Positions 10,515-19,045 of a DNA stretch of 64,000 nucleotides are shown piece after piece. The stretch is from Obrimoposthia wandeli (lineage: Eukaryota). Within the stretch, counting starts at the first letter, position 1. Each line of letters begins with the position of its first letter. The translations under genes were made by a program, and so were the position numbers. The notes under the pieces were generated by a model. It was not told the DNA's origin, ran no database searches, and saw nothing but the letters and a program-made list of their open reading frames with translations. Location of the stretch: the NCBI GenBank assembly GCA_977020255.1, contig CDROCS010003093.1, positions 1-64,000 of the forward strand, read 5' to 3'.

Positions 10515-11399
10515 ATGCGCAGCCTGCCTCTTAAAGCACTACAAACATTTGAAGCTGTTGCAAAGCACAACAACTTTAATGCGGCGGCTAAAGAGCTATT
10601 TGTCACACCGTCTGCAATTAGTCATCAAATAAAAAACCTAGAAACATGGCTTGATTGCCCACTTTTTTTAAGACGCGGCAACCAATTAGAATTACTTCCT
10701 CACGCAAAAGTGCTAGCAACACAGTTACAATTATCACTGGCTGACGTGCGCGCTGCATGCAACAAAGTTAAGCAGAACGTGCAAGCTAAAAGCCTTGTTA
10801 TTGCTGCTATTCCGTCAGTTGCCACTTGTTGGCTGATACCTCGGTTACAAGATTTTCAAAAGCGACACCCTGACATCGCCCTTCGCGTTACTTATGCAAT
10901 TCATGGAACAGCTGTTGATTTTTCGGATGTAGACATTGCTTTTGTATTTTCCCACAGCCCACCTATTATTCAGGGCACCCAAGTAGAACGCTTTCGCTCT
11001 GGAGAGAGCTTTCCTGTTTGCAGTGCACAATTTTTACGCCTGCGCGGATCTATTTCAGAGTCAGATATTATTACCCATCCATTACTACATGATGCTCAAG
11101 GTAGCGAGAACTGGAAAAATTGGTTCAAAAAAATAGACATTTGCTCACAAGTAAGCGATGAGGGCCCATCATTTGATGATTTCAATCTATTGCGATCAGC
11201 AACACTGGCAGGACAGGGGATAGCTTTGTGCCCTACAGCGATGATAGAAGACGATTTACGTGCCAACCGATTAGTTCAGCTCTCCCAAACCTCTGTATCA
11301 AACAACAGCGGCTATTATTTAATTAGACGATTAAGTACCCATGACGACTTAGCATCAAGCAGCCAGCTGTTCAGAAAATGGGTATTCGAACAGCAATAG
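10515..11399 (+). CDS. LysR-family regulator, GcvA-like
   Basis: LPLKALQTFEAVA..., ELFVTPSAISHQIKNLE, WLIPRLQDF, GQGIAL. Confidence 0.9.
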   Translation: MRSLPLKALQTFEAVAKHNNFNAAAKELFVTPSAISHQIKNLETWLDCPLFLRRGNQLELLPHAKVLATQLQLSLADVRAACNKVKQNVQAKSLVIAAIPSVATCWLIPRLQDFQKRHPDIALRVTYAIHGTAVDFSDVDIAFVFSHSPPIIQGTQVERFRSGESFPVCSAQFLRLRGSISESDIITHPLLHDAQGSENWKNWFKKIDICSQVSDEGPSFDDFNLLRSATLAGQGIALCPTAMIEDDLRANRLVQLSQTSVSNNSGYYLIRRLSTHDDLASSSQLFRKWVFEQQ

Positions 11400-11706
11400 T
11401 TCGATAAGTTATTCTCTGCTCAAAACAGAAATAAAATCTCAGTCTCTTAAGCCAAACTTTAGTACTTAGAACTACCTTCTCTACGTTGATCGAAGTTATT
11501 TAGCACTTTATATATGCCACTATTTACCCCAAGAACTCCGAAGCTTTTAACGATTTACATTGCATATAATTCACCTCTATTAAGCAGCAACAGATACAAG
11601 CAACTTTAATAAATGTATTGACCCTAGCTACACTCTTAGTGTATTCAATAACCTCTTGAATTTTAGGAATATGAGATCTTTTCACTTATCTAAGAGAGTA
11701 GCCTAC

Positions 11707-12891
11707 ATGTCTGATTCACATTTACATTTCTCGCGCGATGAATATGCTTTAAGACTGACCAAAGTACGTGTCGCAATGGCCAAGCACAATATTGACACTT
11801 TGATCATCCATGACCCATCTAATATGGCTTGGCTGACCGGTTATGATGGCTGGTCTTTTTATACTCCACAAGCAGTCGTCGTCGGTCCAACTGGCCTACC
11901 GCTTTGGTACGGTCGCACTATGGATGCCAATGGCGCCAGGCGCACTGTCTATATTCCCAATGATCATATTATTAGCTATCCCGATCACTATGTAATGAAC
12001 CCACCATTACACGCTATGGAGTACTTAGCCAACGAAGTGTTAAAGCCTAGACAATGGGATACAGGTAATGTCGGCACTGAAATGGATAACTATTATTTCA
12101 GTGCGACCGCTTACTTATCTATTAAAGAAAATTTACCTGCTGCCAATATTGTTGATGCCACTGCATTAGTCAATTGGTGTAGAGCGGCCAAGTCAAAACA
12201 AGAAATTGATTATATGCGTATTAGTGCGCGCATTGTCCAGAATATGCACGCTGCTGCATATGACATGATTGAGCCTGGACTACCTAAAAACCAACTAGTC
12301 GCTGAAGTTTATAAAACGTGTATACAAGGTCACGATGGTCACTTTGGAGACTACCCTGCCATTGTACCTCTACTACCTTCTGGTAAAGAAGCCTCTGCAC
12401 CACACTTAACCTGGGATGATAAGCCGTTTGCCAATAACGAAGGTACTTTTTTAGAGCTCGCTGGCTGTCATCATCGATATCACTGTGTGTTATCCAGAAC
12501 TATATATTTAGGCGAACCTGATGATAAGTTTAAGCGCGCAGAAGAAGCACTAATTGCAGGGCTTGAAGCTGCTTTAAAAGCTGCTAAGCCCGGCAATCGT
12601 TGCGCCGATATCGCCAATGCGCTAAACAGTACCATCAGCAGTTTTGGTTTCGATCGCGGTGGCGCTCGATGCGGCTACCCTATAGGCCTTAGCTATCCAC
12701 CTGACTGGGGCGAGCGTACTATGAGTATTCGCGATAGTGATGAAACCATTTTAGAAGCAGGCATGACATTCCACTTAATGCCAGGCTTATGGATGGATGA
12801 CTGGGGAATGGAAACAACTGAAAGTATTTTGATTACTGATACTGGGGTAGAAACGCTGTGTGATTATCCACGTAAGCTGTTCGTGAAATAG
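11707..12891 (+). CDS. doeA: Ectoine hydrolase DoeA/EutD-like M24 protein
   Basis: DPSNMAWLTGYDGWSFY, GDYPAIVP, APHLTWDD, FDRGGARCGYPIG.SYPPDWGERTMS match DoeA as recalled; start moved from the TTG at 11656 to ATG 11707. Confidence 0.85.
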   Translation: MSDSHLHFSRDEYALRLTKVRVAMAKHNIDTLIIHDPSNMAWLTGYDGWSFYTPQAVVVGPTGLPLWYGRTMDANGARRTVYIPNDHIISYPDHYVMNPPLHAMEYLANEVLKPRQWDTGNVGTEMDNYYFSATAYLSIKENLPAANIVDATALVNWCRAAKSKQEIDYMRISARIVQNMHAAAYDMIEPGLPKNQLVAEVYKTCIQGHDGHFGDYPAIVPLLPSGKEASAPHLTWDDKPFANNEGTFLELAGCHHRYHCVLSRTIYLGEPDDKFKRAEEALIAGLEAALKAAKPGNRCADIANALNSTISSFGFDRGGARCGYPIGLSYPPDWGERTMSIRDSDETILEAGMTFHLMPGLWMDDWGMETTESILITDTGVETLCDYPRKLFVK

Positions 12892-12922
12892 CCGATAATA
12901 TAAAGCGACACTCTTATTTTAG

Positions 12923-13079
12923 ATCATTGCTGTCCGGTTTAGTTTTTGTTGCTCTCTAACTGATTGATTTTACGTTGTAGACAAAGGCAATTTAGTTACA
13001 AAGTCACCTTTTAGCTATAACAGATATTTAGAAATCAATCAGTTAGAGGGCTTACATTTCTTAACCGGACAGTAATGAT
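12923..13079. mobile_element. 157-bp MITE-like element with 17-bp terminal inverted repeats and a 5-bp target-site duplication
   Basis: ATCATTGCTGTCCGGTT / AACCGGACAGTAATGAT (16/17); perfect inner 17-bp IR at 12954-12970 / 13032-13048; TTTAG on both flanks (12918-22, 13080-84). Confidence 0.8.
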
Positions 13080-13145
13080 TTTAGATGCTCAAAACTATGC
13101 ACTAAGATTGTAGCTAGCTACTATAAACCCGCACCTACTCTTCTT

Positions 13146-13568
13146 TCAATATTTAGACAACACGATACAAGATGTAGTGGCTGTTATACCTGGCGTTTCG
13201 CGAATATCATCTACTAACGCATCTAACTCGTAACTGGCCTCGACACTGATTTCAACAATCAAATCATACACTCCACTGACCGACATTATAGATGTTATTT
13301 GCGGTCTTTTTTGTAACGTTTTTATCACCTTACGAGACACACCTGGGGTCAAATTAACCAACATTTGTGCCTTGAGCAACCGCTGTTCGTATTTTTCATC
13401 AAACTCAATAGTAAATTTTTTTATTACATTTTTGCGCTCAAGCACTTCGATACGATTTTGCACCGTAGTACGTGACACACATAATTTTTTTGCAAGGCTG
13501 ACGATTGGCTCTCTACTATTTACCTGAAGCAATGCGATAAGCTGCTTATCTCTGTTATCTAATTCCAT
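13146..13568 (-). CDS. Lrp/AsnC-family regulator
   Basis: N-terminal HTH LDNRDKQLIALLQVNSR...VSRTTVQNRI; C-terminal VSGVYDL. Confidence 0.9.
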   Translation of the reverse strand: MELDNRDKQLIALLQVNSREPIVSLAKKLCVSRTTVQNRIEVLERKNVIKKFTIEFDEKYEQRLLKAQMLVNLTPGVSRKVIKTLQKRPQITSIMSVSGVYDLIVEISVEASYELDALVDDIRETPGITATTSCIVLSKY

Positions 13569-13756
13569 AGATCACCCTTTACACCCCATATAACCCCCGT
13601 AACAAGCACGCTGATTATAGTAAAATATTTTCATTAATGCATTTTGCCTAATTGTTATTTCGAAATGCAATCATTAAGTGGCATATTTTGCAGTATGCAC
13701 TGTTCATTGTGACAGCTGTATTTTGTAAAATTCTCTCTACTGATTAGGAGAAAGTC

Positions 13757-15022
13757 ATGCTACATATTGCTTATCAACAGGGATCTCTACATATGGAATC
13801 TCTAAATATAGAACAACTAGCGCAACGCTACCCAACCCCTTTTTACTGCTATAGTGCTAATGCGATTAGGCAACAATATCGCAGTTTTACCCAAGCACTT
13901 GAGGGCTTACCTGCCTTAGTTTGCTATGCTTTAAAAGTAAATTCAAATCAGGCTATTTTAAAAATCCTCGCCAATGAAGGTGCCGGTGCTGATGTTGTAT
14001 CTCAAGGTGAGCTTTGTAGGGCACTTGCAGCAGGCATTGCAGCGCACAAAATTGTCTACTCTGGCGTTGCTAAAACTGAGGCGGAAATAGTATTTGCACT
14101 GCAACAAAACATTCTCTGCTTTAATGTCGAATCTGAGGCGGAATTGCGCCAAATATCAGCCATTGCTGATTCGTTAAATCTCACAGCAACTATTTCATTA
14201 CGTATAAACCCTGATATTGATGCAGGTACTCATGCAAAGATATCCACAGGCAAAAGTGAAAACAAGTTTGGCATCCCTTACCTAAATGCCATTGCTACCT
14301 ATCAACTCGCAAATGAGCTACCTGCTATTAACATAGCAGGCATTGACATGCATATTGGCAGTCAAATCCAACAGGTAAACGCCTTTGATGCTGCAATAGC
14401 ACGTTTAGTCGCACTTATTGACCAACTTAAAACGCTAAACATACCCATCAAGCATATTGATTTTGGAGGTGGTTTAGGTGTTGCCTATCAAAAAGACGAT
14501 CAAAGTGAAGAGGTATTGCTAGCACAATATGCTGCAATTATTCATAAATATAGCAAGCAGCTAAACTGCCAACTCATTTTTGAGCCAGGCCGCTTTTTCA
14601 CCGCTAATGCAGGCTTACTTGTAACCAAAGTCGTTTACACTAAACCTTTAGCTCACAAAACTTTCGTGATAGTAGATGCTGCCATGAATGATTTAATAAG
14701 GCCAACTTTGTATGATGCTTGGCATGATATAAGTCCTGTTAAAGAACAGCAAAACGCAACCCAATGTCTTGTTGATGTAGTAGGGCCTGTTTGTGAATCA
14801 GGTGATTATTTAGCGTTAGATAGGTACATGAGTGCAGTACATGCAGGTGAGTTATTAGCTGTGCATTCAGCCGGAGCGTATGGTGCGGTCACATCTAACA
14901 CCTACAATACAAGACGCTTAATTGCTGAAGTATTAGTAGATGGCAACAGAGATCATTTGATTAGAGAAAGCCCAAGTGTCCAACAAATCATAGATTTAGA
15001 CAGCGTGCCTAGTTGGCTATAA
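13757..15022 (+). CDS. lysA: Diaminopimelate decarboxylase (fold-type III PLP enzyme)
   Basis: YALKVN (PLP Lys), DVVSQGE, HIGSQ, EPGR, DAAMNDLIRPTLY, GPVCESGD, GAYG; RBS AGGAG. Confidence 0.88.
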   Translation: MLHIAYQQGSLHMESLNIEQLAQRYPTPFYCYSANAIRQQYRSFTQALEGLPALVCYALKVNSNQAILKILANEGAGADVVSQGELCRALAAGIAAHKIVYSGVAKTEAEIVFALQQNILCFNVESEAELRQISAIADSLNLTATISLRINPDIDAGTHAKISTGKSENKFGIPYLNAIATYQLANELPAINIAGIDMHIGSQIQQVNAFDAAIARLVALIDQLKTLNIPIKHIDFGGGLGVAYQKDDQSEEVLLAQYAAIIHKYSKQLNCQLIFEPGRFFTANAGLLVTKVVYTKPLAHKTFVIVDAAMNDLIRPTLYDAWHDISPVKEQQNATQCLVDVVGPVCESGDYLALDRYMSAVHAGELLAVHSAGAYGAVTSNTYNTRRLIAEVLVDGNRDHLIRESPSVQQIIDLDSVPSWL

Positions 15023-15099
15023 ACACTCCTTATTAAAGCTGCATTTATTTTTAACAATCCCAAATGCAGTTTTTTCTCATTACAAATATAAATAATACA

Positions 15100-15561
15100 T
15101 TACACACTACTCAGTAAAATACTGGTTTCACTATTCAAGACCCCTTCAATCATTCTGACAGTGCGAAGCACTTGGTCAAACTCTGCTAAATTGCTGGTTT
15201 CAATTTCGGCCATTAAGTCCCAGCTGCCATTAGTGGTATGTAATTTTACCAATTGCGGAATTCCTCGTAAGCTACTGATCACTTGAGTCGTAGATTTACC
15301 AACAACTTCGATCATCATTACTGCTCGCACCCGCTCTTTTTCTAACACTTGATGGGAGCGGATAGTAAATCCCAAAATGGCTTCACTGGCGATCAATCTA
15401 TCGAGCCTATTTTGTACGGTTCCTCTGGATACTTTTAAAACGGATGCCAGCTTCGCGATGGGTGCACGACCATCTGAGCGCAGTGCCGCAATTAACTGAC
15501 GATCTAGATCATCAATCAAATAAGGGACTCTCTTTCGATTATTTTCTGGATTATTATGCAT
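15100..15561 (-). CDS. Lrp/AsnC-family regulator of the type usually found beside ocd/ctlX
   Basis: DDLDRQLIAALRSDGR...SRGTVQNRL; HTTNGSWDL; SETSILLS. Confidence 0.9.
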   Translation of the reverse strand: MHNNPENNRKRVPYLIDDLDRQLIAALRSDGRAPIAKLASVLKVSRGTVQNRLDRLIASEAILGFTIRSHQVLEKERVRAVMMIEVVGKSTTQVISSLRGIPQLVKLHTTNGSWDLMAEIETSNLAEFDQVLRTVRMIEGVLNSETSILLSSV

Positions 15562-15811
15562 ATTGACAATTATGTTATGAATTATGATTAATAATAGTAC
15601 ATTATTTACAATAAATTGACATTTTATCTAACATCATTGAGCTTTAAGATACCCTTTCTTTAATAAAGCTTAAATCCGCAAAGCCTCATTTTATGAAGTA
15701 GAAAGTTTAGGGTAATTAAAACCTGAATAGCTAATCCCTTCACAAAGCTAAAATGTGCTGTTGATTATTTAAGTTTAATCTATAAATCTCTATCGAATTT
15801 AGGTGAAAATT

Positions 15812-16753
15812 ATGTCTTCACAACACTCACAGGCAGCGAATGCTGTCGTTATGGTTAGGCCCCATCACTTCTATCCTAATCAACAAACTCGCCAAGATAA
15901 TAGTTTTCAGAGCGAGCCTAGCCAAATATCCAAACGTGAATTGGCAGTGCGCGCATTTAATCAAGTGACCAACATGGCTGAAACTTTGACTCATTTGGGA
16001 GTTCATGTGAGTTTGTTTGAAGACTTAGAGCAACTCACACCTGATTCAGTGTTTCCAAATAACTGGTTTTCAACCCACAGTAACAATCGTATTGTTACTT
16101 ACCCTATGTACCCAGAAAACCGACGTAAAGAGCGCCGTGTTGATATCATCAATACATTAATTGATAAATTCGATGTCGATCAAGTCATTGATTACTCACC
16201 ACTTGAAAAACAAGGAGTATTTTTAGAAGGCACTGGCGCTATGGTTTTAGACCATATAGGTAAAGTTGCTTATGTCGTGCGCTCTAAACGGGCCTGTGAA
16301 AGTGCACTCAATCAATTTTGTCAGCAATTTGGCTACCAAGCCGTTATGTTTGATGCTGCTGATGAGCAAGGTATCGCTGTTTACCACACCAATGTACTGA
16401 TGTGCATTGCCACTGAGTTTGTTATGTATTGCCCGCAAATGATCTCTAATAGCGGCCAAAGAGATGCAATTAAACAACGTTTTATCGCATCTGGGAAAGA
16501 AATTATAGCCCTAAGCGAGCAACAAATCAGGGAGTTTTGCGCTAATGCCATAGAGCTACAAGCAGATCAAGGCAGGATCCTGGTTTTGTCGCAAACAGCT
16601 TATAATGCGTTAACTGATGTGCAAAAAATACAGCTTAAAAACAGTGTATCGCTTGTACCATTTGATGTTAGTGCGCTAGAGACAGCCGGCGGTTCAGTGC
16701 GCTGCATGCTGGCCAGCATTCACCTAAATTTAAAAACGACTAAAACACCTTAA
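15812..16753 (+). CDS. ctlX: Citrulline utilization hydrolase CtlX (amidinotransferase/pentein superfamily)
   Basis: VMVRP..F..N.QT..DN.FQ, PDSVFPNNWFS, LEGTG.MVLD, YHTNV, GGSVRCM; ATG 15812 follows RBS AGGTG. Confidence 0.82.
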   Translation: MSSQHSQAANAVVMVRPHHFYPNQQTRQDNSFQSEPSQISKRELAVRAFNQVTNMAETLTHLGVHVSLFEDLEQLTPDSVFPNNWFSTHSNNRIVTYPMYPENRRKERRVDIINTLIDKFDVDQVIDYSPLEKQGVFLEGTGAMVLDHIGKVAYVVRSKRACESALNQFCQQFGYQAVMFDAADEQGIAVYHTNVLMCIATEFVMYCPQMISNSGQRDAIKQRFIASGKEIIALSEQQIREFCANAIELQADQGRILVLSQTAYNALTDVQKIQLKNSVSLVPFDVSALETAGGSVRCMLASIHLNLKTTKTP

Positions 16754-16826
16754 TTGTATACTCTTATGAACAAGCCCTGTGTTCTAGTGTTTGTTCATAA
16801 ATAGCCGCTTATTCATAAACTATAAC

Positions 16827-18020
16827 TTAATGCATCTCTACCAATAGCTCTGGCGTAGGAGATTTTTTCTTAAAGCGGTTTAAAACCAACAAACTAAGCC
16901 CTGGCATAAGTAAAAGCATGGCGACAAAATTACTGTTCTCCCAACCTATTGCATAAAATAAAGCACCTGCTGAAAACGCTCCTATTGTGTTTAGGAACGC
17001 CACCGCAGATTCATTAACTCCTTGTAACTTATGTGCATCTCCTGGCAATGTAGCGACCATTGAACTACCCCCTACATACAGCATATTCCAGCCTAAGCCC
17101 ACCCCAATCAATGCCATTAGCACTCCGTTGTAGTTAATCATATTAACGGCAATTAGCATTGATAAGAACATCACTATATATCCGCATAAAATAACAAATT
17201 GCGCGCTGGTTGCGCTTATTATACGACCCATAAATAATGAGGGGAAAAACATAGCAATGACGTGACATTGGATAACAAACATAATATCTGAAAAATCGAC
17301 ACCCATCGCACTCAGCTTTAAAGATGACTGCATCATCAATAATGCCATTAACATATAACCAAATCCCGATGCATATATAGCAACACTTAAAGGTAAGCTA
17401 AATACTTTATGACGGGCTTTAACTTCACCATCTACTGACACTTTAACGTCACTTGCAGGCTTACTTTGTGCAGGCAACACCAGCAATAAAGCGATAATCA
17501 ATACTGCGATAGCGAGAAAAGCCAAATAGCTGCCGCTAAAAGCATAATCTTCAATCAACAAGCGTCCATTTTTTGCAATCATTGGCCCTATGAAAGCGGC
17601 AGCAATCCCACCGAGTGTCACTAACGATATCACCTTAGCTTTTTCTGTTTCTGCTAAACCATCCGTTGCAGCAAACCTAAAATAAGCGAAGGCACTCACC
17701 GAGACGCCGAATGACACATGGGCCAATACATTTAAGCTAAAGCTGTGTAAATAAATCGATGTAGCACCCAATATGCCGCCTAACCCTAACGTTAAAGCGC
17801 CTAAGTAAAACACCGGTTTTCTACCAAAACGCTTCATCGACATAGAGAGCACATATGAGCACAAAATTACCGTCGCAAATTGTGCGCCATACGAAAGAGT
17901 CGATAGTGAGGCAATTGGCGTTAACATTTTTCCAACAATCGGGGATATAGATACCGAGATAACTGAGCTGGTCAGTGCTAGCGCCTGAGCGATACTATAT
18001 AACCACGTTTGAATACGCAT
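16827..18020 (-). CDS. MFS transporter
   Basis: About 12 hydrophobic segments; MKRFGRKP loop; YFRFAATD; GLGWN..YVGG. Confidence 0.88.
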   Translation of the reverse strand: MRIQTWLYSIAQALALTSSVISVSISPIVGKMLTPIASLSTLSYGAQFATVILCSYVLSMSMKRFGRKPVFYLGALTLGLGGILGATSIYLHSFSLNVLAHVSFGVSVSAFAYFRFAATDGLAETEKAKVISLVTLGGIAAAFIGPMIAKNGRLLIEDYAFSGSYLAFLAIAVLIIALLLVLPAQSKPASDVKVSVDGEVKARHKVFSLPLSVAIYASGFGYMLMALLMMQSSLKLSAMGVDFSDIMFVIQCHVIAMFFPSLFMGRIISATSAQFVILCGYIVMFLSMLIAVNMINYNGVLMALIGVGLGWNMLYVGGSSMVATLPGDAHKLQGVNESAVAFLNTIGAFSAGALFYAIGWENSNFVAMLLLMPGLSLLVLNRFKKKSPTPELLVEMH

Positions 18021-18058
18021 GCAGATGATCCTTAATTTTTATGAGTGAGGTATGCGTA

Positions 18059-18115
18059 ATCATTACTGTTCGGTTAAAAAATGTAAGCCCTCTAACTAAA
18101 CCGGACAGCAATGAT
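18059..18115. mobile_element. 57-bp internally deleted, inverted copy of the 12923-13079 MITE
   Basis: First 39 nt match the reverse complement of the parent right end at 37/39; last 22 nt match the reverse complement of the left end at 22/22; joined at a shared AACT; flanks GCGTA / TCGTA. Confidence 0.82.
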
Positions 18116-18149
18116 TCGTAATAAGCATTTTCTGATAGATTAAATAGAC

Positions 18150-18860
18150 TTAAGGCAGACACAACTCATCTGATAATGCTTCTTTTACCGCAGCTTGAGC
18201 ATGAATTTTGGTCGTGTCATACAAAGGTACTTGCGTATCTTTTTGCTCAACTAATAAAGCAATTTCTGTGCAGCCCAGAATAACTGCTTGTGCTCCTTGA
18301 CTAAATAGCGCTTGGATAATGTCTAAATATTTCGCTCTTGATTGTTCACTTATCACCCCTAAACAGAGCTCTTGGTAGATAATATCGTGAATCGCTTGTT
18401 GTCCTGCATCATCGGGTACTAATACTTCGATGCCATACGAATCTTGCAAGCGCGATTTATAAAAATCTTGTTGCATGGTAAATTTGGTTCCTAACAAACC
18501 GACTTTTTGTACTTTCTCACTCACTAACTGCTGCGCTGTCGCATCCGCTATATGTAAAATAGGTATCTTGATTTCTGCTTGTATTTGCTCCGCTACTTTA
18601 TGCATAGTGTTAGTGCAAATAAGTAAAAAATCAGCCCCGGCAAGTTCAACTTTTTTAGCGGCATTAATCAATATCGTCGCAGTGGCATTCCAATCCCCAG
18701 CATGTTGCAGTTTTTCGATCTCGGCAAAATCCACACTAACCATAGCCACTTTTGCACTGTGTAATCCGCCGAGTTCACTTTTCACGCCTTGGTTTAGCGC
18801 TTGGTAATAACTCACACTCGACTCCCAACTCATTCCGCCTAACATGCCTATTGTCTTCAT
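18150..18860 (-). CDS. PLP-independent Asp/Glu-family amino-acid racemase (YgeA/RacX-like)
   Basis: MKTIGMLGGMSWESS; both catalytic cysteines (ICTNTMH, ILGCTEI). Confidence 0.92.
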   Translation of the reverse strand: MKTIGMLGGMSWESSVSYYQALNQGVKSELGGLHSAKVAMVSVDFAEIEKLQHAGDWNATATILINAAKKVELAGADFLLICTNTMHKVAEQIQAEIKIPILHIADATAQQLVSEKVQKVGLLGTKFTMQQDFYKSRLQDSYGIEVLVPDDAGQQAIHDIIYQELCLGVISEQSRAKYLDIIQALFSQGAQAVILGCTEIALLVEQKDTQVPLYDTTKIHAQAAVKEALSDELCLP

Positions 18861-19045
18861 TACTTCCCCTTCGAACGCTTTTCAGATAATGCCCAACTGC
18901 TGATGCTAGGTTGAAATAAAGTGTTACATACCCTATTGTATGACACAATGATTTTATTGTATGACATACAACTTAAGCCCCTTGGGCTAACTATCTAATT
19001 TGGGACAAATAACCAAAAAGCACTTATAAAACAAGGTAATAATCG

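Noticed and set aside
15677-15688. CGCAAAGCCTC, resembling part of a c-di-GMP-I riboswitch
   Set aside because: The upstream GNRA-capped P2 stem and downstream pairing arm are absent
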